Positions 49,701 through 61,573 of a DNA stretch of 63,723 bases are shown here, piece by piece. The notes under the pieces are model-generated. The model made no database searches. It was not told where the DNA came from and saw only the letters and a program-made list of their open reading frames with translations. Every line of letters starts with the position of its first letter. The stretch's first letter is position 1. The stretch is from Phoronis australis (Eukaryota; Animalia; Phoronida), in contig NMRA01000059.1 of assembly GCA_002633005.1 (NCBI GenBank), forward strand, positions 232,992-296,714, given 5' to 3'. The position numbers were made by a program, and so were the translations under genes.

Positions 49701-52700
49701 TTGTGTTACGCAGTCGTCTTCAACAAACTACTGAACTATGTAATGATCTCCGTGATGAACTGAACAAGTCAAAGAAGGAAGTAATGCAGTTACAAGGAAC
49801 CAAGGTATGTGATGACGGTCGGTGAAGGTAATGGTGGTTGTGTGGAATGAAACGTCTTAATACTCTCAGATGGTTCAAGTTTTAAATGACCATTTTGTAG
49901 TTGTTTTGAATTGTGGTTAATGTGTAATGCAGAATGCCCACTCCACTACAAACAGTGCTTTTTACTGGATACTATCAACTTGGTTGTGATGTTTTGATCA
50001 GTTTCACGTAACACTTGGCAACTTTCGTCAACCTAGACAATTTTTGAGCATTTTTACAAAGGATACTTATTCTGCCATAGAACAGATTCTGTCTCAACAT
50101 AGAAACAGTCTGTTGTAGAATATATATACCTCTTCACATGTATTAGTTCTTGATTGTCCGACTATTGTTCTGCCACAGCTTCTTGTTATTTTCATCCATT
50201 ACCTTTAGTGCCATATTATTTCTATCATTAATATGTTTTTCACTACCTCTAGGCTGGACTGCAGCAAAGGTTGACAGAGCAAGAGAACTCCTTGTTGCAG
50301 ATGAAGGCGGAGCTACTGAGGATAGGCTTCTCTCAGGAGAGTCTGGAGGCGGAGAGGGTAAGTGTCACTCAGGTCAAAGTGGAGAGTCTGAGAATAGACT
50401 TCTCTCAAGGGAGCCTGGAGGCGGAGAGAGTAAATGTCATTCTCTGGTCAAGGCGGAGCCTCTCAGGTTAGGCTTCTCTTTGGACAGTCTGGAGGCGGAA
50501 AGGGTAAGTCACTCACAGGTCAAGACAGAGCTTCTGAGGATTGGCTTCTCTCAGCAGAATCTGGAATATTCAGTGGTCACTTACACTTATTCCCTTTCTC
50601 AGTGCTACAAGTGGTAGCACTGTGAATTGATCCATTACATGGCTTCTCATTGGTTAACAGCATGAGGGAAGATTCAAACTGATTGGTTGAAAAATTGCAT
50701 TTTAACTTTCCGATTGGTTGATGTCGAGAAATGGATCTGTACGCTGCTCCATCTATTGAAAAATGTTCATGTGGCTTGTGTTGGTGCAACCACAAGAATA
50801 GACTATATCGATCCATTCAACACAATTTTGTTGTTTTTTACACTCCCAGGATTTTAAAACATCAAAACGATTCACCATACTTTTCCTTCTCATTCCTGTG
50901 TCATGTGTAAAATCCAAACCAAGACATGCACACTGATACACACACGCACACTTCTATGTGTTGTTCATCACCATTTCACTTGGTCACATTTCCAAATAGT
51001 TTGGACACATCGTTGTCAGCTTCTTGACATGGGATCTTTTGTAGTTTTTGTAAATCACAAATTTAGTATTAACTCGTGGTACATTTGTCTTGTAATGAGT
51101 ACTTTATCATCTTCTGATGTTTATGGATCAGAGTCATCTGTTGGTGTTTATGGATCAGAGTCGTCTGTTGATGTTTATGGATCAGTCGTCTGTTGGTATT
51201 TATGGATCAGAGTCCTCTGTTGATGTTTATGGATCAGTCGTCTGTTGGTATTTATGGATAAGAGTCGTCTGTTGATGTTTATGGGTCTGAGTTATCTTTT
51301 GGTGTTTATGGATCAGAGTCATCTGTTGATGTTTATGGATCAGATAACTCTCAATGGTTGCCTTGTATGTTGTGTCAAGTTGAATGTTTGTATGGCTCTT
51401 CTTTCTTAACAGAATGATCTTCAGAAAAAAATACATGAAAAAGACAAAATAGCGTTGGAGCAAAGGAAAGAATTGACTCAGAAGGACCGCATTATTGAGG
51501 AGCTCAAGGTGAGTGTCTTGATGTGTGGTTATCAGTTCTGCGAAGACCATCTCATTAGAAAACTTAGTCTCAATATTTGGATATTTGAGTCATCTGGACT
51601 GTTATTGAGGGACTCAAGTTGAGTCTCAAAATATGACTATCAGTGGATTACCTCTTGCACACCAGTCAGTGCTGCCATCTTGCTGCAGAAGTTGTAACTG
51701 GTTCTATCCCTTCTTAAATTCATCAACACACTGAATACAGAGTCAAGTACACATTCTCAGNCAACCACAAGAATAGACTATATCGATCCATTCAACACAA
51801 TTTTGTTGTTTTTTACACTCCCAGGATTTTAAAGCATCGAACAAAACATCAAAACGATTCACCATACTTTTCCTTCTCATTCCTGTGTCATGTGTAAAAT
51901 CCAAACCAAGACATGCACACTGATACCCACACACACACTTCTATGTGTTGTTCATCACCATTTCACTTGGTCACATTTCCAAATAGTTTGGACACATCGT
52001 TGTCAGCTTCTTGACATGGGATCTTTTGTAGTTTTTGTAAATCACAAATTTAGTATTAACTCGTGGTACATTTGTTTTGTAATGAGTACTTTGTCATCTT
52101 CTGATGTTTATGGATCAGTCGTGTGTTGGTATTTATGGATCAGAGTCCTCTGTTGATGTTTATGGATCAGTCCTCTGTTGGTATTTATGGATAAGAGTCG
52201 TCTGTTGATGTTTATGGGTCTGAGTTATCTTTTGGTGTTTATGGATCAGAGTCATCTGTTGATGTTTATGGATCAGATAACTCTCAATGGTTGCCTTGTA
52301 TGTTGTGTCAAGTTGAATGTTTGTATGGCTCTTCTTTCTTAACAGAATGATCTTCAGAAAAAAATACATGAAAAAGACAAAATAGCGTTGGAGCAAAGGA
52401 AAGAATTGACTCAGAAGGACCGCATTATTGAGGAGCTCAAGGTGAGTGTCTTGATGTGTGGTTATCAGTTCTGCGAAGACCATCTCATTAGAAAACTTAG
52501 TCTCAATATTTGGATATTTGAGTCATCGGGACTGTTATTGAGGGACTCAAGTTGAGTCTCAAAATATGACTATCAGTGGATTACCTCTTGCACACCAGTC
52601 AGTGCTGCCATCTTGCTGCAGAAGTTGTAACTGGTTCTATCCCTTCTTAAATTCATCAACACACTGAATACAGAGTCAAGTACACATTCTCAGCATTTCT

Positions 52701-55700
52701 GTTCAAAAACAGGGGAAACTTTCATTGTCAAGAAAGTTGTGTCATCTGCTATTTTGTTTTGTTGTTGATTTGACATTCAGACTTATACCATACAGTAGAA
52801 ATGCTGTGGAATTCAAGCTTTGAAATTTTCACTGATGTAACCAGCACAGCAATCCATCTTTTTCTGTAAAAATTGAAACTATGCTCGTATATTTTTGTTA
52901 TTTACTCTTTGGATCCACCACCGTCAGCCAAACCACCTGCCACCACTGCTTGAAAGATTGATATCAAGGTTTTTTACTTTTGCTTTTGGCACTATGCTTG
53001 AAGTCCTTTGAAGTACATTCTTCGTTTAAGCACTGTCCTTTAATTTGCCTGGCTTTGTAAAACTCAGTAACAGAAGGTGAATGATTTTTTAATTTGATGC
53101 TGCTATATTATTCGCCATTCAAAATGCAACATCAAATGTTATCACCTCCATTTGCCTGTCACCCTGTTGGCTGACCTCTGTTTGCATATCACCCTGTCTA
53201 GGCTGACCTCCATTTGCATGTCACCCTGTTGGCTGACCTCTATTTACATGTCACCCTGTATTCTGACCTCTATTTACATGGCACCCTGTAGGCTGACCTC
53301 TATTTACATATCACCCTGTTTGCTGTCCTCAATTTGCATATCACTCTGTTGCCTGATTTTACATGTCACCCTGTAGGCTTACCTCTATTTACATGTCACC
53401 CTGTTGGCTGACCTCTATTTACGTGTCACCCTGTTGGCTGACCTCTATTTACATGTCACCCAGTAGGCTGACCTCTATTTACATGTCACCCTGTAGGCTG
53501 ACCTCTATTTACATGTCACCCTGTAGGCTGACCTCCATTTACAAATGCAAGAGAAGGATGCCGCTACTCGTACACTCAGGACACAACTGCATGATCTTCA
53601 TGACAGCTTACAAAGGGTGGGACAAAATGAGGTATGTACACTGTAGTAGTACATCTTGACTCCTTCACTTAAAGTACTGTCCCATATTTGTGCATGTTTT
53701 ATCAAGGTATATTAAGTTCATAAAACTTGTCAGCTCAGTAGGCTAATAGTGGACAAGCTGATGAGGTCAAACACGTTAATAGCATAGTGTGATGGTTTTT
53801 GTTTCTTTCTTGTAACTGAATTAAAGTATAAAAAGTTGTGTTTTCTTCATTGTTCGTAAGGTTCATATGGTTTGTCACCAAATCAAGTTTCATAAACTTA
53901 AGAGTATTTACAAAATAGAAGAAAGACGATATTAGAGAATATTTTTTCCAAAATTGAAGAATTTGTCATTCTGTATACCACTGTTTGATTTACAAATGAT
54001 GGAAAACTACAACTTAGGATAATGAATGCTAACCAGCGGTGCCATAGTTCAACTTGACCTTAACCTTGTTCTGTCATGTTCAGTCTGCTCTGTCATCACG
54101 GATCTCGTCTCATGACAAGAAAATGAGCCAATTGGAAGACAGGTTATCACTGGCCCTGCCTACTGAGCCACGCCCTCCTGCCACTGGGGCACAGGTGAGT
54201 AATCAGGGCTGTCACATCCGATGGGCGATGTTATGTTATGTTGTATCCACAACTACCTAATACAATTTGTATGTAAAGTGGCTCAAACTGAGCATATTCA
54301 TCAACATCCCTAGTAATGCAGAGAAATTTTAATAAACGCTTCTAAACTGGGCACAAATACTGGCCTATGTCTTGCTGTTATGCCAGTTATTAAAAGTTTT
54401 CCTCTGTATTCAGTTTTAAATACTTTCCTTGCGTTCAATATGCAATGACATCGTCAACCAATTGACTGCCTTTGGGTGTGTTATGTTTGGTTAATATTTA
54501 ATAATTTATTATTAAATTAATAATTTACAATTATTATTAGTGTTGTTTTATTATTATTATTATTATTGTTATTATTAATATCATTCTTATTCTTCTTATT
54601 ATTATCATCATTCTGTCCTTCAGAATGGTGCAGAGGAAGAGTTAAATCATGTTCGAGACTCACTGAGAACCATTCGAGGTGGTTACCATGGCAGCCACCC
54701 CCAACAGAAGGCCATAGACACGCTTGAGCGCAATATTTCCTCCCTTTTGGACCGTCTCCAGTTGAATGAGGGGTCACGACCTCATGGCGACACAGGAAGA
54801 CTTAGTGTGGACCGAAACCACCGAGTTCCAGGTTAGTCCTTGTTATTGGCAGCTATCTATAGCAGTCGCTGTCTATAGCAGTCACTGTGAATTGTAAATC
54901 TTTCAAACTGTTTCATAAATAGGAGAAAACATTATAAGTTACTTGGTACAGCACTGTTGAATGTGTTTCATAAAAGACTTGATGTTCCATTATCAGCAAA
55001 TTGTTAGCAAGCACTGTAAGATGAAAGTTTCTAATCAGAATGCAGCAACAGAGATATAGGTCATGATCCGTTATGTTCTTGATTTTTGTCAACTTTGTAA
55101 CAGCAATTTACTGCTCTTGATTCTGTATAAATTTGTTGTGATTGGCTAGATGATTGATTGATTTATTGATCGACAGCATGACATTGAATTACAGGTCATC
55201 AGTCTGTCCACAGTGATGGTGACTCATCTACTGTGTACAAACCTTGCACCAAGGTGTTGTATTTCACAGATCAAAGTGACACGCCCTTCATGAGGTCAAT
55301 ACACAAAAGGTAGGGCTGCTGCCCCCTATTGTCTGATCAGTGTATTGCTTCATAGACCTGAACCTCTCAATTCAATTATTGAATGACTTCTGATACTTGT
55401 GTCCTCTAAATGAATCCCAGTCTGACAACTTGCACTATAGCACTGTAATGACCAACTTGCACTATAGCACTATCTAAATGACCAACTTGGTGTGGAACAT
55501 CACGTTACATTCATGTCGTCTGGATGGCACATGTTGCTATTCGCCATCTGACCAATGGGACACTGTAGAAACCATTACTACCAAACAAGCAGACAATGTC
55601 AGTGCATCAAAGCAGGCTAACCAATAAGAGAGGGAAACAATTGTGAAAGAAACCTCAGTGGTCCTGTAATAAAACAGTTTATATCCCTTATGTGTATCTG

Positions 55701-56828
55701 GTCATGTGGACCTCAGTAGAGCAATGTTGCAACGTCACTCTCTCTCTAACTCTATGACCTAACATCACCTTCAGAATTGGCCAGTATTTATAATTAAATC
55801 ATTTCCAACATTTCTTGACCCATTATATATGATTTTTGCACTGCACTGTTATTACATAATTGTTCTTATGCTGTCAAAGTAGTTTGTATACGTTTGATCT
55901 GTTTTCAGATTAGGCGAGATCACTCTGGCAGATTTTAAGAATTTGTTTGACAAGCCAGGACGATACAGGTACCACTTCAAGGCCCTTGATCCTGAATTTG
56001 GAACAGTTAAAGAGGAGGTGAGACAATACTCCTGAGTTGGGCCAAGTTGACTCTCGCTGATTAGTTGCCATTTTGGATGATGAAATTCTTCTGTTGCACG
56101 TTTCGTAGAAGTGACCCAATTTCTTTTAAATCACAAATTTAGGACACAAATATGGTGGACAAGTAAAACTTTATTTTTCATTTTTTTCATGAAAACTATT
56201 TACCAATTATAAAGTTTACATGTTCAAGGTCTGTACCATTTTGAAAAAATTAGATATCTACAACAAAGTTACAAGTATTTGACAAATTAAATGTGGCCAT
56301 TTTGTTAATTATTTTTGTCCAAAATTGGTGATGTTGGTGAAGTGTTGTTATAGTCAATGTCAACATGATCAACGCTTTCAGACTGTAACTTCTGACAAAA
56401 CTCAGATTTTTACAATTTTGAGACTCATAGTAAGGATCTTGAGACAATTGTAAAGCAAACATGTTTTCCCAAATCACTGTACTTTTGGACATGTATGCTA
56501 CTTTTTACAGGTAGACAATGAGCATTATAATATAGTTTTTATTGCAACACATGTATAAGACAATGCAACAATAGTGCAGAGAATTAATCCAAAAACGAAT
56601 CATTATATACTAGGCTTCAGGCTACTCGGTCTGTGTTTAAAGAAATCAGTTTGGACGTTTGATTGATTGTGCTTCCTGAGTATTGTAACTATGCTCTGTT
56701 ATTAAGATGCAGTATTGTAACTATTCACACTTATTAAATTACTTGTTTTTCAGATAACATGCGATGAAGACATTCTGCCTGGTTGGGAGGGAAAGATTGT
56801 GTCATGGATAGAGGAGGAACATGGATAG
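31485..56828 (+). CDS. DIXDC1: Dixin / DIX domain-containing protein 1 (Ccd1): CH domain, coiled coil, DIX; complete multi-exon gene
   Basis: Exons: 31485-31787 (or 40489-40563), 42365-42494, 43235-43360, 46396-46633, 46856-47061, 47722-47864, 48326-48409, 49700-49804, 50253-50357, 51413-51508, 53527-53631, 54084-54194, 54624-54831, 55195-55309, 55909-56017, 56754-56828. Phases consistent. CH motif [13 protein letters not shown] and DIX motif [18 protein letters not shown]...[14 protein letters not shown]. Confidence 0.95.
33735..33840. repeat. 11-bp minisatellite
   Basis: CACCTCAATAT repeats. Confidence 0.9.
33998..34154. mobile_element. MITE (157 bp) with 5-bp target-site duplication
   Basis: CAGTGGCGGATTTAG ... 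CTGGATCCGCCCCTG imperfect TIRs, flanked by TATCT on both sides. Confidence 0.75.
40489..40563 (+). CDS. DIXDC1: DIXDC1 candidate proximal alternative first coding exon (1b)
   Basis: ATG...[25 protein letters not shown]|GTGCGT, phase 0; TATA-like TATATATAAG at ~40274 upstream. Confidence 0.55.
42365..42494 (+). CDS. DIXDC1: DIXDC1 exon, CH domain
   Basis: [43 protein letters not shown]. Confidence 0.95.
43235..43360 (+). CDS. DIXDC1: DIXDC1 exon, CH domain
   Basis: [40 protein letters not shown]. Confidence 0.93.
43332..43497. repeat. 41-bp perfect tandem repeat, 4 copies, spanning a DIXDC1 donor
   Basis: CATACGCATGCATCAGATCAATGCTAAAG|GTATACTCAAAT. Confidence 0.93.
43685..44013. repeat. 36-bp AT-rich minisatellite, ~9 copies
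   Basis: TAATATATTCAAATAATGTTCATCTATTTAGTATAC. Confidence 0.92.
46396..46633 (+). CDS. DIXDC1: DIXDC1 exon, end of CH domain
   Basis: [25 protein letters not shown]. Confidence 0.94.
46856..47061 (+). CDS. DIXDC1: DIXDC1 exon, Ser-rich linker
   Basis: TTGCAG acceptor, open frame, phase 2 to 1; donor could instead be at 47070 (same phase). Confidence 0.8.
47722..47864 (+). CDS. DIXDC1: DIXDC1 exon, start of coiled coil
   Basis: EDLAHQ...[18 protein letters not shown]|GTGGGT. Confidence 0.87.
48326..48409 (+). CDS. DIXDC1: DIXDC1 exon
   Basis: [15 protein letters not shown]...PSEQL|GTGAGT. Confidence 0.87.
49385..49605. repeat. 36-bp minisatellite
   Basis: GAATGCCATGCCACTGGGCCACACTGGCTCCTATAT variants. 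Confidence 0.9.
49700..49804 (+). CDS. DIXDC1: DIXDC1 exon, coiled coil
   Basis: [35 protein letters not shown]. Confidence 0.9.
50253..50357 (+). CDS. DIXDC1: DIXDC1 exon, coiled coil
   Basis: [35 protein letters not shown]|GTAAGT. Confidence 0.9.
51110..51345. repeat. ~23-25-bp minisatellite (also 52100-52278)
   Basis: TGTTTATGGATCAGAGTCGTCTGTTGA variants. Confidence 0.85.
51413..51508 (+). CDS. DIXDC1: DIXDC1 exon, coiled coil (second identical copy at 52346-52441)
   Basis: [32 protein letters not shown]|GTGAGT. Confidence 0.85.
53145..53543. repeat. 30-bp minisatellite (~13 copies) ending in a DIXDC1 acceptor/exon start
   Basis: GCTGACCTCTATTTACATGTCACCCTGTAG. Confidence 0.92.
53527..53631 (+). 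CDS. DIXDC1: DIXDC1 exon, coiled coil
   Basis: [35 protein letters not shown]|GTATGT. Confidence 0.82.
54084..54194 (+). CDS. DIXDC1: DIXDC1 exon
   Basis: [21 protein letters not shown]...GAQ|GTGAGT. Confidence 0.85.
54624..54831 (+). CDS. DIXDC1: DIXDC1 exon
   Basis: [40 protein letters not shown], conserved DIXDC1 segment. Confidence 0.9.
55195..55309 (+). CDS. DIXDC1: DIXDC1 exon, start of DIX domain
   Basis: [21 protein letters not shown]. Confidence 0.93.
55909..56017 (+). CDS. DIXDC1: DIXDC1 exon, DIX domain
   Basis: [36 protein letters not shown]. Confidence 0.95.
56754..56828 (+). CDS. DIXDC1: DIXDC1 last coding exon, end of DIX and stop codon
   Basis: [27 protein letters not shown]. 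Confidence 0.95.
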   Translation: MTCDEDILPGWEGKIVSWIEEEHG

Positions 56829-59800
56829 TTAAAGTGGTTGAACATGTGTACAGGAGGAACATGGATAGTTAAAGTGGTTGAACATAGGACAATTTTAGTA
56901 GAAGACCATGAACAAGTGGTGGATTATGGGTAATGATAGTGGAACTACATGGCCACGCATCATGGGTATATACAGAGAATGATAATTAAGAAAGAAACGG
57001 TGATATTTCACATTATTTACTGCTATATTTATACGTTTATTGCAAAATGCAAGGTAGTTTTACCATTGGAGATGTTTTTTAGTTTGAATAGCATTGTGTG
57101 TACTGTCAAAGTGGACACTAGGTGTCAGTCACGCTGTGCTGTAGGAAGTCTTCCCTGCAAGTTAAATAGCTCGGTCACATGACACTTTCTGTGGTTGTTT
57201 AACTGTGCATCAGACGCTGCTAGTGCTTTAAAAGGTATACATTTACAATTATCTCCCCTTCCTATTTGCCTTTGCTTAGAAAGTTACAGCATACATTTAG
57301 TACTATTTGTGAATGTCAGAGTGTGAGTACTGTAACTTTTAGTGATGCAAACTTTTGCCTTTCTTTGAATTGCTGTTTAACTCTGTGTAGACCTATTGGT
57401 CGTCACTCTGTGTGGGTGTGTGTTTGTACAAAGTTTAACATTAAATCAGGGTACTACATATAGGGCCATAGATGTGTTTTAACATGTTAAATGTTGTAAA
57501 TCTGTTTTAAAATGTCGTTAGCTTTTTTGCTGCTTGCTGACTATTTTATGTCAAGTCATAGAAAATGTCAGATGGCTAAAACTGGAAGAAGCTGGATTTT
57601 TTAAGTTCAGATGTACCGGAGCTGCTTCCATTGACATTCAGTTGTTTAGTCATTTACTATGAAAGTATGCAACTTTATCCTACAAGGAGTGATGTTATTG
57701 GGAGTGATGTTATTGCTGTTCGTTAGTTCATAGTCTTGTGGTGCACATCATCATACATTTGGCAACTTGTACGAGTGCCAACTTACTCCACTGCTTGGTA
57801 GATGGCAGTGCTACTGGTCGCGTTTGGTTCGTGAAAGCTCTCCATTGTTTGAACCAGTACTCTCATCCATCACATAGATACATCATCCTTTCAAGAAATA
57901 TTTCAGAAAATATTCTTGGTTTTAATCCTACAGTACAAGACAACAGTAATCATTCGAAATACTGTCCATCACCATCACAAAGGCTCAATTAACAGTAGGA
58001 ATGACTGGTAGTGACTGTTGGGGACAAAGTTATTATTACAAAATGACTTACTCACCTTACCAACTGTCCTGGTAGTGACTGTTGGGGACAAAGTTATAAT
58101 TACAGAATGACTTACCCACCTTACTAACTGTTGTGTTACCCTTCATTGTGAGACACTAAGGAAACCATTCTGACGAGGACTTTGGCTTCTGCCCAGTCGT
58201 CATGGAAAAGGAAATCCAGCTCATTTAATGGTTTGAATAATTTTGGCTTGTAGTTTTGTAACTCTTTTTGGTAGAAACCATAATTAGTGCTTGTTTTGTT
58301 TTAATTGGAAGTTGTATTTTGCATTCTTACATCTAATTTATCCTGTTTGTTATTACTGTTGAATAAGTTTCAGATTCTATCTCAATATTTTTACTCAAAG
58401 GAACATTACATACATGTATTCCTCTTTCATCTGATAAATGTTGCATCCCTGTGTTCCACCTACATTCCCATGATGCATTTTATAAATGAATGATCAATTG
58501 CCTGTCCAATCATCTTTCACTCACATTTCTGCAATCTACACCGTCCATTATGTTGAGACTCTATATTGTACTCGGTTGATTTGCAATTTTCGTCCAGAGT
58601 TTTTGTTTGTTTTTGTTTACTTTTTCACCACGGATTCCCCTATCTTTGTAATTTTTGTGAACATAGTGTCTTTTTACTTACTATGTGAACAATATGTGAA
58701 GTAAATATATATGTATCTGCTGTTCATCAATGTGTTGATTTCATATAAACAATTGATGTTTCACTAACATGACCTTAACCATAGATACTTACAAGGTCAC
58801 CAAGATTGGTGCAGTGGTTACAGGAATAAGTTGTGACGTCAGACTTATACAAAATCTATGGACCACATAAAGACACGTTGAGAACAATTGTACACTCAAT
58901 AATACTTGCTCCAATTAGCCCAGTGTTTGTTGTTTTCTGTTTCTTCTTTAAGAAGTATTTTTGTATCAAACATATGAATGACATGCTGATATGAGGTGGT
59001 TAAGCAAAGGCAGGCGCTGCAACAAGTCATTTTTATACTTCATTTTCAAAACAAACAAGTTGTTGAATAAAAACGAGTCCCAACGATTAGTGTAACTATT
59101 GTCTTTCAATCCACTTGGACTATTTTTAGTGAGTTGATTGTGTCACAGTCACAGTAGAGCAATATTGTGACTCGCCCGTATCTGTAGACCAGATCTAGGC
59201 ACCAGGTTGACAGCTTGGCGTTTGTTGGTCGTGGATCTGCCACTAGTGGGAGGGAGGTAGTTGGAAGTAACTTGCAGTTTCTCCTAAGATCTTATGCAAC
59301 GCGCTTGAAGTGTTATACTAAGGTGAGGAGTAAGTCAGGGACATGTTTATTGTAGTGTGGGGTAGAAACGAAACAAGAGCACGAGTGCTTTTTACCGTCA
59401 CAATATACATTGTTTGTAGACAGGTAGAGAAGGATACACACTAAACAAGTGGTAAAGGTATTCAAAGAATAAACATCAGTGGTTTTCATATAAATCGAAG
59501 AACATACAACTAGGGTGGCTAGACAATGGGTGGTGAAGTTGACATTGTCTTCAGCATACTTATAGGTCCCCACGAGTGCCTACTGGAAACTCACAAGCTG
59601 CGCAGCCCGGGGGTAATCAATAGCTTTTTCACCATTTTGGCAAAAATTTGGGGTGTCATTTTAGAGTAGGAACAAAAATGTCATGAAAAAACATTTGTTT
59701 TGCTTGATGTTTGGGTCTGATAATTCCCTGCTTTTTATTATGAATGCTGATGTCATTTTAAATAGCCATTAATTGAAGAGAGGATAGGATTTTGAGTAAA

Positions 59801-61573
59801 CTTTTCCAGATGTGGTATAAGTAAGTATGGGTCATGATTCAATTGGTAGACAGAAATGGGACACATCGTAGCTCTAGGTGTTTTTTACTTTTGGCCATGT
59901 ATAAATCCGTCCCTCATATTTTGAAGCCCAACTACGCTTCTTAAACTGAATATGTATTTCCCCGGGCCTGACGGTATACTACGTACGAGTCGCATTCTGC
60001 AGCCAGTCCTTTAGACCAGAATTGGTTAAACTGGTGACCGAATCATCGGACTATGCTCAATTCGATATAACATAAGTCAGCAACTCCAGTCATATGCAAT
60101 GCGCATGTGCGCCAGTTTTTTTGCAATCTTAGGGTTGGTCAGCCTCAAAGAACTCCGAGTTTGCAGCTTTCAGGCTTGTTGGTAGCATGTGACTATCACG
60201 ATAAAATACTTTGAAACCCATACAAGAGAAAAGGACGAGTTTCGTTTTTATCGCCAGCTAAACAGGGTGATATGGAGCTTAGTAACTGTGTGCCGTCAGG
60301 TTACTTTAGGACGCCTACTCTGTAATTCAACATTTTTATGAAACCAGCTTTCTCGCAATCGACTCTCAGTAGTACTACAAACGTTTGTTAGTTCGAGGTC
60401 CAACCTAGAGATTGAACATCATTTTGACCATTTATCGATTGGTCTCAACTTATTCAGTCTTTACTCACACGAGGCGTGATTTCTCAGTGGGTTTGGAGAG
60501 AACTGACAGTTCGTCTCCTCACACGAGACAGATCCTATGCTAACATTTGGGGTTTTGTTACCCCCCAACACCTATAAACGAGCCCAAGTCAGACAGCGAC
60601 TAACCCGTCTTAATTAATCGATTTACCGCAAATGCTCGTGGCTTGATCGCAATTCTGAAGAAAAAAATATTCGCTAATTTCTATTATAATGCATCGGTTT
60701 CAAAATTTCAAAGACGCTTATTATTTACTTTTCAATTTTAAAAAACATTCATGTTGGTCGTTTGCCTATTACTTATTGTTCGTTTTTTACTTTGAAACTC
60801 GTACGCTGAACAGGAGTGTTGCCGCGGGTTTACGACCACAACCACTATCTCATTCAGCACCCTCCTGACTCAAGCCATGAATAGCAACTAGCTCAATTTA
60901 ATCAAGGTATGTATTACGATCGTACTACAATCCTTGCTTCAGTCAAGCCTTTGGAGGGGTACCATAGCATTATACGCTCGAGTATCGCATCATCGGGTAC
61001 GACCCATTTACGAAGAATCATGCATATGACCCAAAAATCACGCGTACCAACAAAAATCATGCGTGCGAACCATAAAAACACACACGAACATAAATCATAA
61101 GCACTAGCTTCCCAATCATACCCATGAACCACGGCTTGTTCAGAGGGTGTTGTCGTGCTGGTCGTGACATTATACAGCTATCAATTTACTCTTGTCATTT
61201 CGGGGATGCCGGAATAGCATTAAATAAAATGACCCCGTGAAAAAGAGAGACATGGGTTACTTCTTGACTATTAAAAATGACTCCAGATATTCCTTTCACA
61301 GGGTTTAAAGATAATGTGAGAACTTTCAACCCATGAAAAAGTGACTCCACGTCGAAAACTTGTTCTGTTATCATTCAACGGTTCCCCCGCAACAGGAGGT
61401 TGGGATAAGTAGACATGTCACCCACAATATAGGGGACAATCAGTGTTCGATACGCGAATGTTTGTGTTCTGGGGGTGACATCCGGGGGACGGCGGGGGAG
61501 TGCTGGCGTGGGTTGGCTGTCGAAGAATAAAACCAGCAAGTGGGTTAAGTGTAAGCTATAGCCCCCCAGCCTC

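Larger units (their letters stand above)
50787..52693. other. ~950-bp tandem duplication (50787-51760 / 51762-52693) joined by a single N; probable uncollapsed haplotypes
   Basis: Near-identical copies differing by SNPs, a short indel and minisatellite copy number; N at 51761 sits exactly at the junction. Confidence 0.85.

Noticed and set aside
59066-59071. AATAAA as the DIXDC1 polyadenylation signal
   Set aside because: Plausible, but cannot be told apart from chance in AT-rich sequence without 3'-end data.
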